NCBI GenBank assembly: GCA_029974695.1
Contig: JARKQW010000140.1
Span: 1 to 41,951, forward strand
Length of the DNA: 41,951 nucleotides
Direction: 5' to 3'
From: Syntrophobacteraceae bacterium
Lineage (GTDB): Bacteria > Desulfobacterota > Syntrophobacteria > Syntrophobacterales > Syntrophobacteraceae
Under the pieces are notes generated by a model. The model saw only the letters and a program-made list of their open reading frames with translations. It was not told the origin of the DNA and searched no databases. This document shows, piece by piece, positions 16,992 through 25,834 of the stretch. The position numbers and the translations under genes are program-made. The stretch's first letter is position 1; each line of letters opens with the position of its first letter.

Positions 16992-18635
16992 ATGGAGACT
17001 GCTTTCCGGCAGGAGACTCCGGGCCTGGGCAAAGAAGCAAGGCGCGGTGGAGAGGGGACATTCGAGATGGAGATTCCTTCCTCGAAGGATGAGCGCAGCT
17101 CCAACCCTAGAAAGACCAGACCCGTCCTGGTCATGGGCGCAACGGGATACATCGGGGGCCGCCTGGTGCCGTTGCTTCTCGAGTTGGGATACACGGTGCG
17201 GGTGATGGGACGGTCTTTGCCCAAGCTGGAATCGCGGCCCTGGGCAACTCATCCGAGGCTCGAAGCGGTGCAGGGGGACGTGCTGGACATCCACTCCCTC
17301 AAGAAGGCGGTTCAAGGGTGTTGGGCGGCTTTTTACCTGGTCCACTCCATGAACACGTCCACCAGTGATTTCAGCTACTTGGACCGGGTTGCCGCCTGGA
17401 ACATGGTGGAAGCCTCGGGTAGTTCGACCCTCGAGCGCATCATTTACCTCGGGGGGTTGGGGGATGAGAGCGACCCGGCCCTGAGCAAGCACCTCCGTTC
17501 GCGCCTCGAAGTGGCCCGAATTCTGCGCTCCGGGTCCGTCCCGGTCACGACCCTGCGGGCCGCGATGATCCTGGGGTCCGGAAGCGCCTCCTTCGAGATC
17601 CTGCGGTACCTCGTCGACCGGCTCCCCATCATGCTCGCACCCCCCTGGGTGCACACGCCCGTCCAGCCCATCTGCATCCGAAACGTCCTCCATTACCTGG
17701 TGGGCTGCCTGGAACACGATGAAACCGTCGGGCAGGCCTTCGATATCGGAGGACCCGAGATCCTCACGTACGAACAACTGATCAAGATCTATGCCCAGGC
17801 AGCCGGGTTGCGGGAAAGGGTGGTGATTCCCGTTTCTTTCATATCCCCTCGGTGGAGCCCCCTTTGGATCTCCCTGGTGACCCCGGTACCCGCGCCCCTG
17901 GCACGAGCCCTGACCGAAGGGCTCCTGAACAAGGTGGTTTGCCGCGACGAACGCATACGCCGGATCATTCCCCAGGAGTTGATGACCTGCCGACAGGCCA
18001 TCGATCGCGCCATCGAAAAGATCGAGCGGCATCGGGTCGAGGCCTGCTGGACGGATGCGGGCCGACTCCTCCCTCCCGAATGGAGCTACTGCGGAGATGA
18101 GCCTTACGCGGGGGGAACGGTTTTGGCCTGTGCCTATCGGGTGCGGATCAAGGCATCCGCCGGGGAAATCTGGGAGCCCATCGTCCGGATCGGAGGCCAA
18201 ACGGGCTGGTACTACGGCGGGCCCCTGTGGCGAATCCGCGGGTGGTTGAACAAGCTCATCGGGGGGCCCAGCCTCATGCGGGGAAGGCGGGATCCCCGGA
18301 CGCTCTATGTGGGCGATGCCCTGGATTTCTGGCGGGTGCTCGAAGTCTCCGCCCCTTTCCGGCTTCTGCTCCTCTCGGAAATGAAGCTCCCGGGCGAGGC
18401 GATCCTCGAGTTCACCATCTCTCCCGGGGGACAGGGGGAATGCGAGCTCCGGCAGGTTGCGCGCTTTCTGCCCAGGGGCACCGTCGGGCTTCTCTACTGG
18501 TACAGCCTGTACGGCGCTCACCAGTTGCTCTTCAAGGGAATGCTTCGCACCATTGCCCGAGAGGTTGGAAAGCCAATCGTGAAAGGACCCGAGCGGTTCG
18601 AACCCCGGTTGGATCTGGTCTGTCGGATCGACTGA
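16992..18635 (+). CDS. NAD(P)-binding SDR/NmrA-like protein with C-terminal DUF2867-like domain
   Basis: Rossmann motif VLVMGATGYIGGRLV. The C-terminal WRVLEV...LLLLSEMKLPGEAILEF...LYWYSLYGAHQLLFKGML is typical of DUF2867. An alternative in-frame ATG at 17067 sits in a duplicated initiation region. Confidence 0.85.
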   Translation: METAFRQETPGLGKEARRGGEGTFEMEIPSSKDERSSNPRKTRPVLVMGATGYIGGRLVPLLLELGYTVRVMGRSLPKLESRPWATHPRLEAVQGDVLDIHSLKKAVQGCWAAFYLVHSMNTSTSDFSYLDRVAAWNMVEASGSSTLERIIYLGGLGDESDPALSKHLRSRLEVARILRSGSVPVTTLRAAMILGSGSASFEILRYLVDRLPIMLAPPWVHTPVQPICIRNVLHYLVGCLEHDETVGQAFDIGGPEILTYEQLIKIYAQAAGLRERVVIPVSFISPRWSPLWISLVTPVPAPLARALTEGLLNKVVCRDERIRRIIPQELMTCRQAIDRAIEKIERHRVEACWTDAGRLLPPEWSYCGDEPYAGGTVLACAYRVRIKASAGEIWEPIVRIGGQTGWYYGGPLWRIRGWLNKLIGGPSLMRGRRDPRTLYVGDALDFWRVLEVSAPFRLLLLSEMKLPGEAILEFTISPGGQGECELRQVARFLPRGTVGLLYWYSLYGAHQLLFKGMLRTIAREVGKPIVKGPERFEPRLDLVCRID

Positions 18636-19051
18636 TCCTCCGGGTGCCTCGATGCCGAAGGTCCCGAAGGGGCGGCAGCCAAGGCCGCGGACGCCGTCCC
18701 GAGATTCAGCGGGCGATAAGGATGTGCCGGCGGCAAGCGGGCGGGGCACCCCGGGAGGCGACATGGGTCGGCCTCAACGTCCCCGACACCTGCCGAAACT
18801 CCCTCTCCGGAAAACGCCCGGCACGATCGAGGATGTGCTTGACGGGAGCTTCGGCCCAAAGTATCAGAGTCAGTGCTTTCGTTCCGTACCACACAGACCC
18901 CCCGAGGGGGAGGGCGTTTCCGCATCCCCTCCCCCGCTTGTCTCCTAACAGCAACCGTACCGATCCGAAAAATTCTCCTTTTTTTCGAGTCGTCTCGGGA
19001 GCGTTGTCCCTTCTTACGGCCACACACTGCGAAGCAGCCAAAGGATGATCT

Positions 19052-22000
19052 ATGAGCCCCATGACGCTGGAACAGTTGAAAGGGAGAATGGCGGACAACC
19101 GCGAATTCCAGGACTATTTGAAGTGGCAGGAAAGCCGGTCGGGCCGGAAGATCCTGGACGACGTGGCCCTGCTGAGGGCCTACCAGGGGTACCTCCTCGA
19201 ACACTTGGGCGATGTCCGGGGCCAGCTCATGGACGAGTCCGACCTTCGCCTCTCCCTGGTGCTGGCCCTCCATTTCAACCCGCTGTTTCAGCAGGAATTC
19301 CGGGCCGGAAATCCCACCCTCGCCCAAAGGTACGACAAGGAAACGGCCGTTCAGAGCTCCGGACCGGTCAACGAGCTCATGGCCCAGGTTTTCAAGCAAT
19401 ATGCGGCCTGGCTGACCCGGGAACTGGACGACACCATGTTCCGGCTCGAGGAGGCCGGGACGGACGAAGTCCTCCAGTACGAGAAACGACGGGCGTTGGA
19501 GCTGCGGTTCGGAAAGCTCTTCGACCGGGAGCTTCGCCTGGCAAAGGAGGAAGGCTACACCCTCCAGCTGGCCGTCCAGGAGAAGGAACAGACCAAGAAG
19601 GAGGTCATGGAGTTCCTCTCCCAGGACGCTTCTTCGCGCGTCACTCGATTTAATTGGGCGATTTTCGGAAACAGCGACAAGACCTCGGCGGGAATCGACC
19701 TCCTCAATCGGGAGATCACACGGTGCAACAGGGTTTCCGGGATCATGCGCGCCATGCTGCCCCGTTACGCCGCTCACCCGAAAAGCCGGGAGATCCTCGA
19801 GACCCAGATCGCCCTGGCCGAATCCCGCCGGACCGAGGCCGAACACTACATCGCCCGGCTCAAGGAGTGCAAGAGGGTCAAGAAGCAGGCCCGGATCTCC
19901 TGGCAGGAGAAGACGGCGGAGTCCGAAGCCTTGCTGAAACAGACGGATGTGGAACTCCTCGGCGTGAGTGAGGACCTCCTGCGCGGGGTCCGGCAGGTGG
20001 TTCCGTCCCTGCGGGAACAAGAAGCGCAGATCGGGACTCGCCTCAAGGAACTGGAGAAGACCGTCCGGGAGATTCCCCGTCTCTATGAGGAGCAGGAAAA
20101 GCAGACGAACGAGCTCGTGCGAATCGAGTCCATCCTGGCAGGGGACCCTATCCGGTTGAAGTACCTTGGCAACCTGGGATTCAAGGCCGGCTCCCTCCCG
20201 GCCCTTCGCCGGTCCATCGCCGAGAGGGCCCGGCTCATCGAGGAGACCGAGCTGCGCCAACGGCACCTGAGCGAGGATCTCGCCTTTCTCAATGCCAAGT
20301 ACAACGCCATGTTCGATCGGACGGAAGCGGCCCTCAACGACCAGCAAGAGCTCAATCGGCTTCGGGCCAAGGCCCACGACGAGCTCCAGTGGCTCCAGAG
20401 CCTTCCCCGGATTCACAGGGCCCTCAATGTTTACTGTTCCACGGCCACCGTGACCTTCGAGCTTTTTCTGAGCATCGGCCAGATCGCTGCGGGCCGGGCC
20501 TGCGGTCCCGTCGGGGGGACGGCCGTCGCGGCCATGGGCATCGCCGGCATGCCCATCACCTATGGATTGAGCCTTCCTCTTTCGGGGGCGCTCCTCACCA
20601 ACATACAGCCCTACGACACGGGGCAGCTGGGCATTTCCCTCAAACTGGGCTTCTCCTGGGGTGCGGACTTCCAGCCGGCCACCAAGGACAGCCTGGAAGC
20701 GAGCGTGGGCATGGCCATTGTCTACGATGCGTCCCTCCAGGTGTCCGACACCCGCGGGTTCTCGACGGTGAGCACCATCACCCTGGCTACGACGGCGGAG
20801 GCCGCCATTCCCGGCGCCCTTCGGGCAGCCATCGAGATGGAGCTCATCAAAGAGAAACGGGTGATGACTTTCAAAGATGTCTATCACTGGGCGGCCTGGA
20901 TCGGCCAGAAGTGGGCCAACCTCCGCGCCTGGGCGGTGGCGGCCCGGCTTTACCGGGGAGGAGGGACCTCTCAACCGACGGCGGAGGACCTCAAGCGCCT
21001 TCGGGAAGTTGCCGACATCTCCCTCAAGAACGACAAGCCGACCCGGGACATGCTCGAGAAGGTCTTCAAGTACATGGGGGAACCCATTCTGCGGACGGAG
21101 TGCAAGGAGCTCTTTCCGCACATAGGAGCGGAAATCTCGGCGGCGGAATTCTTCAGTCTCAAAGGAGCCCGGGAGCGCAGGTCCGAGCCCAAGTTCATCC
21201 GGAGGAACAGCGACATCAAGACGGGGGAAGTATACGACGAAGAGAGAAAAGGGGATCAGTGGAGCCGATCTTTGACCGTGGGAGCGGGAATCCAGGTGCA
21301 GGCGGATTATTCCAATGTTGAAAAGGACCCCAATCCCGACAACGTAGGGGAGTCCCTGACCTTCACCATCTCCCTGCCCATATTCGATCAGAATGCCCAA
21401 TGGATCTCGACCCCGGCAATGGATCCCTCGAAGGGGGCCATCGGCACCTGGGTGCAGAGTCACCTGGCGCCTGCGGCCAACAAGATATCGAACTTCACGA
21501 ATCCGGGGGTGTTCAATCTCTTCAAGAGTTCCCTGGCCACGAATCCTTTCCTGAGTCTCAGCACCGGCCTGGCCCTGGGCACCGTCCAGGTAGCCCTCTT
21601 TCTTTCGACCCTCACCAAGCGTCCGGCCCCCGACGGCAAGACCGGCAAATGGGTCCTTTTTTACTGGCGCCCCGTTTTCAGCACGGCCACCGAAATCCAG
21701 AGGACCGTTCCCCTGGGCTACGGGTTCAACATGGTGCTGGGAGGAAGCGTGTCCTTGTCCCGCACCTACCGGGAACAACTGGGGGACAACACCATCGTGT
21801 ACCTCCAGATCGTGTACAACGGTCTCATGAATATCTCCCTGCCCGGCGACGACGGCAATCCCAGACCCCCCGAGGCCCGCGGTCCGGCGCTCTGGAAGGA
21901 ATACGTGGACACGCAAAAGAAGACCATTTGGAGGATGATGCACAACATCACCCTTCCCCATACCTGGATTGCCGCCGAGGTGAATGACCGGGAAGGAGGC

Positions 22001-23698
22001 GCGAAACTCATCGCCGACCTCAAGAGAATCATGCCCGCGCCCGCCCGCCGTTCCTCCAAGGGGCTGCCCTCCCAGCATAAAGCTCCCTACGTGGACGTGG
22101 ACGCCCCGGAGTCCTACCCCGACTTCAGCCAAACGTTGTTTGACAAGGCTTTTGACCCCTTTCAAAGGCACCTCGAAGATTTTCGCAAAAGCGATTACCT
22201 CACCCACAAGAACAAAGACTGGCATCGCATCCCCATCCAGGGAGGCACCTTCAATTGGTCCATGAATCCCATCGTCATTGCCGGGGAACTCTACCGAACC
22301 CACACGACCCAGTACAAGCTCGAGAAGGGCGTGGTGGACGCAAGAACCGCCCTGGGTCATCGAAAGGGGGCCTCCCAACAGGTCCTGGCGGACGTCAAGA
22401 TGGTGCCCGACGAGCAGGCCCCCAACTGCATGTTGTGCGGGGTCGCCTTCAGCTTCATTCGCCGTCGGCATCACTGTCGCGAATGCGGGAAGGTCTTTTG
22501 TGCCGATTGCTCGAGCCACAACATCGAGCTTCCCCACAGGAGCCAATTCAAACCCGTCCGGATCTGCAACACCTGCTATGCGCGGCTCACCGCGGCGCCC
22601 AAGCAGCCTGCCCAGGCCCCGAGCGGCCACAAAGACCCCGGCGCCGCCGACCATGGGGAACCTCTCCCGCAGGTTCGGAGCCCGGTGAGCCAACCCCACA
22701 GGGAAGGCCTCCCCGCAGCGACCCACAGCCCGGTGAGCTCTCCTCAGAAGACGGGGATGTTGACATCGGCCTACGTTTCCTCGCAGGTTCCCGGAAAGGA
22801 AAGCCTGCTCACGTCCTTCCGCCGAAGCCCGGAGGCTCCCAGAGGGGAAAGCCCGCTCTCATCGTCTGGTTCCAACCTGGGCGCCCTCGATCCAGACGGC
22901 GGCAGGGTGCAGGCCCCGGTGGTGCGGGGAGGGGAGGTCCGATCGGAGTGGGGAGAGGGGAAAGACGAAATCACCGTGCTGGACGAGATGGAGCACGAGC
23001 GGTGGTGGAGCACTCGGATCGCCAGGCCCGTTCCCAGCAGCGCGGACCGCCAGGCCTACATCGATTTCGCCGTTTCCGATGCGCAGGCAGCCCAGGCAAT
23101 GAGAGAGGAAAGCCCGGCAAGCCGGGAGGCTCAGAAAAGCAAGGGCAAAATCTCTCCTGGCGGCAGGTCCTCGAGACTGAAAGGAGTGACGGTTGCCGAA
23201 GAAGGAAGGAATCCCATTGTCGGCAAGGAGTTGACCAATTACTTCGACATTACGGATGTCTCGGCGGATGGGAATTGCCTGTTTCGATCCATGGCCGTCG
23301 CTCTGCAAAGGCCCGAGAATCAGCACAAGGCCTATCGGCGCCTGGCGGTGGAACATATCTTCCTGCACCCGGCGGATTTTGAGACCGTGTACCAGGGCAA
23401 CGTCCCGGCCTATCTTTACACCATGTCGGAGACGGCACGGCACCCCGAAGACAAGGCACGGTGGGGTGGTTCCCCGGAAATCCTCGCGCTAAGCCGGATT
23501 CTGAAGCGGGAAATCATCGTCTATGCCTGTACCTTCGATTCCCCCACCGCCTGGGAGCTGAACCGGACGGTCCTGTTCGTGCAACAGCACGCCATGGGTG
23601 ACGGTCCCTTCAAGCCACCCCGGGAGGCGGTCCCCATCTACATCGCAAACCAGGGGGGAAACCACTACGTCTGCCTGAAGCCCAAGGCCCGGCGGTAG
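19052..23698 (+). CDS. 1548-aa multidomain protein: coiled-coil N-terminus, bilobed hydrophobic segment, unknown beta-rich core, FYVE zinc finger, P/S-rich linker, C-terminal OTU cysteine protease
   Basis: ATG 19052 follows AAAGGA. The amino-acid composition is balanced and protein-like (K, N, Y, W, F, I), unlike the 1402-aa antisense ORF, which is G/R/P/L-rich. FYVE: MVPDEQAPNCMLCGVAFSFIRRRHHCRECGKVFCADCS...VRICNTCY. OTU: DVSADGNCLFRSMAVAL ... GGNHYVCL. Confidence 0.9.
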   Translation: MSPMTLEQLKGRMADNREFQDYLKWQESRSGRKILDDVALLRAYQGYLLEHLGDVRGQLMDESDLRLSLVLALHFNPLFQQEFRAGNPTLAQRYDKETAVQSSGPVNELMAQVFKQYAAWLTRELDDTMFRLEEAGTDEVLQYEKRRALELRFGKLFDRELRLAKEEGYTLQLAVQEKEQTKKEVMEFLSQDASSRVTRFNWAIFGNSDKTSAGIDLLNREITRCNRVSGIMRAMLPRYAAHPKSREILETQIALAESRRTEAEHYIARLKECKRVKKQARISWQEKTAESEALLKQTDVELLGVSEDLLRGVRQVVPSLREQEAQIGTRLKELEKTVREIPRLYEEQEKQTNELVRIESILAGDPIRLKYLGNLGFKAGSLPALRRSIAERARLIEETELRQRHLSEDLAFLNAKYNAMFDRTEAALNDQQELNRLRAKAHDELQWLQSLPRIHRALNVYCSTATVTFELFLSIGQIAAGRACGPVGGTAVAAMGIAGMPITYGLSLPLSGALLTNIQPYDTGQLGISLKLGFSWGADFQPATKDSLEASVGMAIVYDASLQVSDTRGFSTVSTITLATTAEAAIPGALRAAIEMELIKEKRVMTFKDVYHWAAWIGQKWANLRAWAVAARLYRGGGTSQPTAEDLKRLREVADISLKNDKPTRDMLEKVFKYMGEPILRTECKELFPHIGAEISAAEFFSLKGARERRSEPKFIRRNSDIKTGEVYDEERKGDQWSRSLTVGAGIQVQADYSNVEKDPNPDNVGESLTFTISLPIFDQNAQWISTPAMDPSKGAIGTWVQSHLAPAANKISNFTNPGVFNLFKSSLATNPFLSLSTGLALGTVQVALFLSTLTKRPAPDGKTGKWVLFYWRPVFSTATEIQRTVPLGYGFNMVLGGSVSLSRTYREQLGDNTIVYLQIVYNGLMNISLPGDDGNPRPPEARGPALWKEYVDTQKKTIWRMMHNITLPHTWIAAEVNDREGGAKLIADLKRIMPAPARRSSKGLPSQHKAPYVDVDAPESYPDFSQTLFDKAFDPFQRHLEDFRKSDYLTHKNKDWHRIPIQGGTFNWSMNPIVIAGELYRTHTTQYKLEKGVVDARTALGHRKGASQQVLADVKMVPDEQAPNCMLCGVAFSFIRRRHHCRECGKVFCADCSSHNIELPHRSQFKPVRICNTCYARLTAAPKQPAQAPSGHKDPGAADHGEPLPQVRSPVSQPHREGLPAATHSPVSSPQKTGMLTSAYVSSQVPGKESLLTSFRRSPEAPRGESPLSSSGSNLGALDPDGGRVQAPVVRGGEVRSEWGEGKDEITVLDEMEHERWWSTRIARPVPSSADRQAYIDFAVSDAQAAQAMREESPASREAQKSKGKISPGGRSSRLKGVTVAEEGRNPIVGKELTNYFDITDVSADGNCLFRSMAVALQRPENQHKAYRRLAVEHIFLHPADFETVYQGNVPAYLYTMSETARHPEDKARWGGSPEILALSRILKREIIVYACTFDSPTAWELNRTVLFVQQHAMGDGPFKPPREAVPIYIANQGGNHYVCLKPKARR

Positions 23699-23916
23699 AA
23701 TCGTTGCGCCCGCTACCAGAAACATCCCGGGTCGAGGGGGGTTGGGACTGGTCCACAAATTCAGGGCATGGTAGGGATCGGTCCTCCGGGAAACGGTTGA
23801 GAGCAAGGGCCCGAACCTAGGGCCGGCTCAACGGAAGAGGTGGAGAAAGGAACCGGCACGGGGTTGCCGCGGATGATTCCCTGGATTGAGCGATTTGGCC
23901 GGCACGCATCCCGTTT

Positions 23917-23945
23917 CGTCATTCCCGCGGACAAACGGGAATCCC
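23917..23945. repeat. REP-type hairpin (same family as 6955..7024)
   Basis: CGTC-ATTCCCG-CGGACAAA-CGGGAAT-CCC. It shares the CGTCATTCCCnCG...CGGGAAT core with the reverse complement of 7001..7024. Confidence 0.5.
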
Positions 23946-24065
23946 TGAAAGGCGTGCATACCCTCCGGGTGCTGGGTGCCGGCCTGCGTGGACCTGACGA
24001 GGGGATGGTCTCGGAATCGCTCAAATCAGGGATTCGCCATGCGTGCCGGATTTGGTCGTGAACCG

Positions 24066-25331
24066 ATGGCGAGAACCATGAAGAAAGAAAATACGGAACC
24101 CGCTTCCCCGGGGAACCTCCGGGAATCTCCCGGTCTGAAATGGATCGTCTTCTCCCTGGTTTGTGCGGCGTTTACCACCGTTTATATCACCCAGCCCGTA
24201 CTGCCCGTGATCCGGGCAGAATTTCACGTGAGTGAGACTCGGGCCTCCTGGACCATCGCCGCGGTCGTCCTGGGAATGGCCCTCTCCAACCTGCCTTTCG
24301 GGATGCTCTCCGACCGATATCCCCTGCGGCCGATCATTCTGACCGGCGGCGCAACGGTGGCCTCGGCCGGGTTCCTTTGCGCCGCGACTTCGAGCCTGGC
24401 GGTGCTCGTGGGCGCCCGATTTGTCCAGGGCCTTTTTCTTCCCTCACTCACCACCTGCCTGGCCGCGTACCTGGCCCGCAGTCTTCCGCCCGCATCCCTC
24501 AACGTGGTCATGGGTACCTACGTGTCGGCGACGGTGGCCGGAGGGTTGGGGGGCCGTCTTCTCGGCGGCTGGATTCATCCTCCCCTCCACTGGCGGTTCG
24601 CATTCGTGAGCGCCTCTCTCATGCTCCTGGGGGCGACCCTTGCGGCGGTGAAGCGACTGCCGGGCAACGGGCCCGTTCGTCCCGCGGATACCCCTGCCGC
24701 AGGGTTCCTTCGGTTGCTTTCCCGAAAAGAGTTTCTCCGGACCTACCTGGTGGCGTTTGGAGGGTTCTTTGCCTTCTCGTCCGTCTTCAATTATCTGCCC
24801 TTTTATCTTTCGGGGTCCCCTTTCGGGGCTTCCACCGAGCTCATTACGCTACTGTATCTTTCCTACACTGTGGGGATGGTGGTCGGTCCCCTGGCAGGTA
24901 AGGTCAGCAACTCCATCGGCAACGGCAACACCATGATCCTGGGTGCCGGCATCTTGGGCCTTTCCATCGTCGCGACCCTCATTCCGTCCCTGCTGCTCAT
25001 CATCGTGAGCCTTGTGGGAATCTGCATCGGGTTTTTCGCCGTCCATGCCTCGGCTGCCGGCTCTCTGAACCGCAAGTTGACCGGAAACCAGGGCAGAGCC
25101 AATTCCCTCTACGTCCTGTTTTATTACCTGGGGGGAGCGGTAGGAATCTACCTGAGCGGTCACGCATACGCGTTGTGGGGATGGGCCGGTGTGGTCGGGG
25201 TGACCGTGTCGATGCTCGTGATTCCTCTGGCAACGGGGGCTGCGGAAAGGAGAGAGGTAGGGAGAGCCCTGAGAAAGGCGGGTCCGTTGTGGATGCGTTC
25301 GGTCCAGGGGAGCGGGCTTCGGAAGCGGTAG
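24066..25331 (+). CDS. MFS transporter
   Basis: About 12 predicted TM segments. The loop motif GMLSDRYPLRPI is typical of MFS. The start is uncertain: ATG 24066 (MARTMKKEN), 24039 or 23976. Confidence 0.85.
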   Translation: MARTMKKENTEPASPGNLRESPGLKWIVFSLVCAAFTTVYITQPVLPVIRAEFHVSETRASWTIAAVVLGMALSNLPFGMLSDRYPLRPIILTGGATVASAGFLCAATSSLAVLVGARFVQGLFLPSLTTCLAAYLARSLPPASLNVVMGTYVSATVAGGLGGRLLGGWIHPPLHWRFAFVSASLMLLGATLAAVKRLPGNGPVRPADTPAAGFLRLLSRKEFLRTYLVAFGGFFAFSSVFNYLPFYLSGSPFGASTELITLLYLSYTVGMVVGPLAGKVSNSIGNGNTMILGAGILGLSIVATLIPSLLLIIVSLVGICIGFFAVHASAAGSLNRKLTGNQGRANSLYVLFYYLGGAVGIYLSGHAYALWGWAGVVGVTVSMLVIPLATGAAERREVGRALRKAGPLWMRSVQGSGLRKR

Positions 25332-25429
25332 AATTTTACGGAGTCCTCGGGCAACAGCCTAAGGGCCGCCACTTCGCCCGGGGGTCCCCGCACCCCGGGA
25401 CGAAGCGGAGTTCCGGCACGAAGGATCTG

Positions 25430-25834
25430 TCACGCGTCGGTAAGGTTAAGAACCGGGACCCGGAAAGCGTAGTTGTCCCGGTAATAACGGAACCGGTATT
25501 CTTCCGGGATCTTGGGCCGAAAGGGGTTGGTAGCGTTCTGTTCGGTCTCATCCGCTGCGAGGAAGAGAGCCGGGTTTTCCAGGGTCCCTCGGGCGGAGGT
25601 TGTTCCGGGAAAAGGGGTCCCCAGGGCGAGACTCAACGCCAGGACCGCCAACCCGAGGCCCAGCCTTCGCAGCAGGGCACTCAGCCGTTGACGGACCGAG
25701 GTCTTTTCTTCGTGGGTCTCGTGCACTCGGGAGTTCCGGCACCCCTGAAGCTTTCCGGATCCCAGGTTTCTCCACGGGGTCGATTCCCGGACTGAGAGCG
25801 TCTTTCGAATCAGTGTGCTCAGGATTCCCAGCAT
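25430..25834 (-). CDS. Hypothetical single-pass membrane/exported protein
   Basis: ATG 25834 has a strong SD (CCAAGGAGAACGACC-ATG). Central hydrophobic helix LGLGLAVLALSLALG. The C-terminus has non-degenerate composition (NPFRPKIPEEYRFRYYRDNYAFRVPVLNL). Confidence 0.5.
   Translation of the reverse strand: MLGILSTLIRKTLSVRESTPWRNLGSGKLQGCRNSRVHETHEEKTSVRQRLSALLRRLGLGLAVLALSLALGTPFPGTTSARGTLENPALFLAADETEQNATNPFRPKIPEEYRFRYYRDNYAFRVPVLNLTDA

Noticed and set aside
18518-22726. 1402-aa minus-strand ORF opposite the FYVE-OTU gene
   Set aside because: It has typical high-GC antisense composition (G/R/P/L/V-rich) with low-complexity runs. It has no motifs and overlaps the 3' end of the SDR gene. 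The plus-strand ORF has balanced composition and two unambiguous domains.
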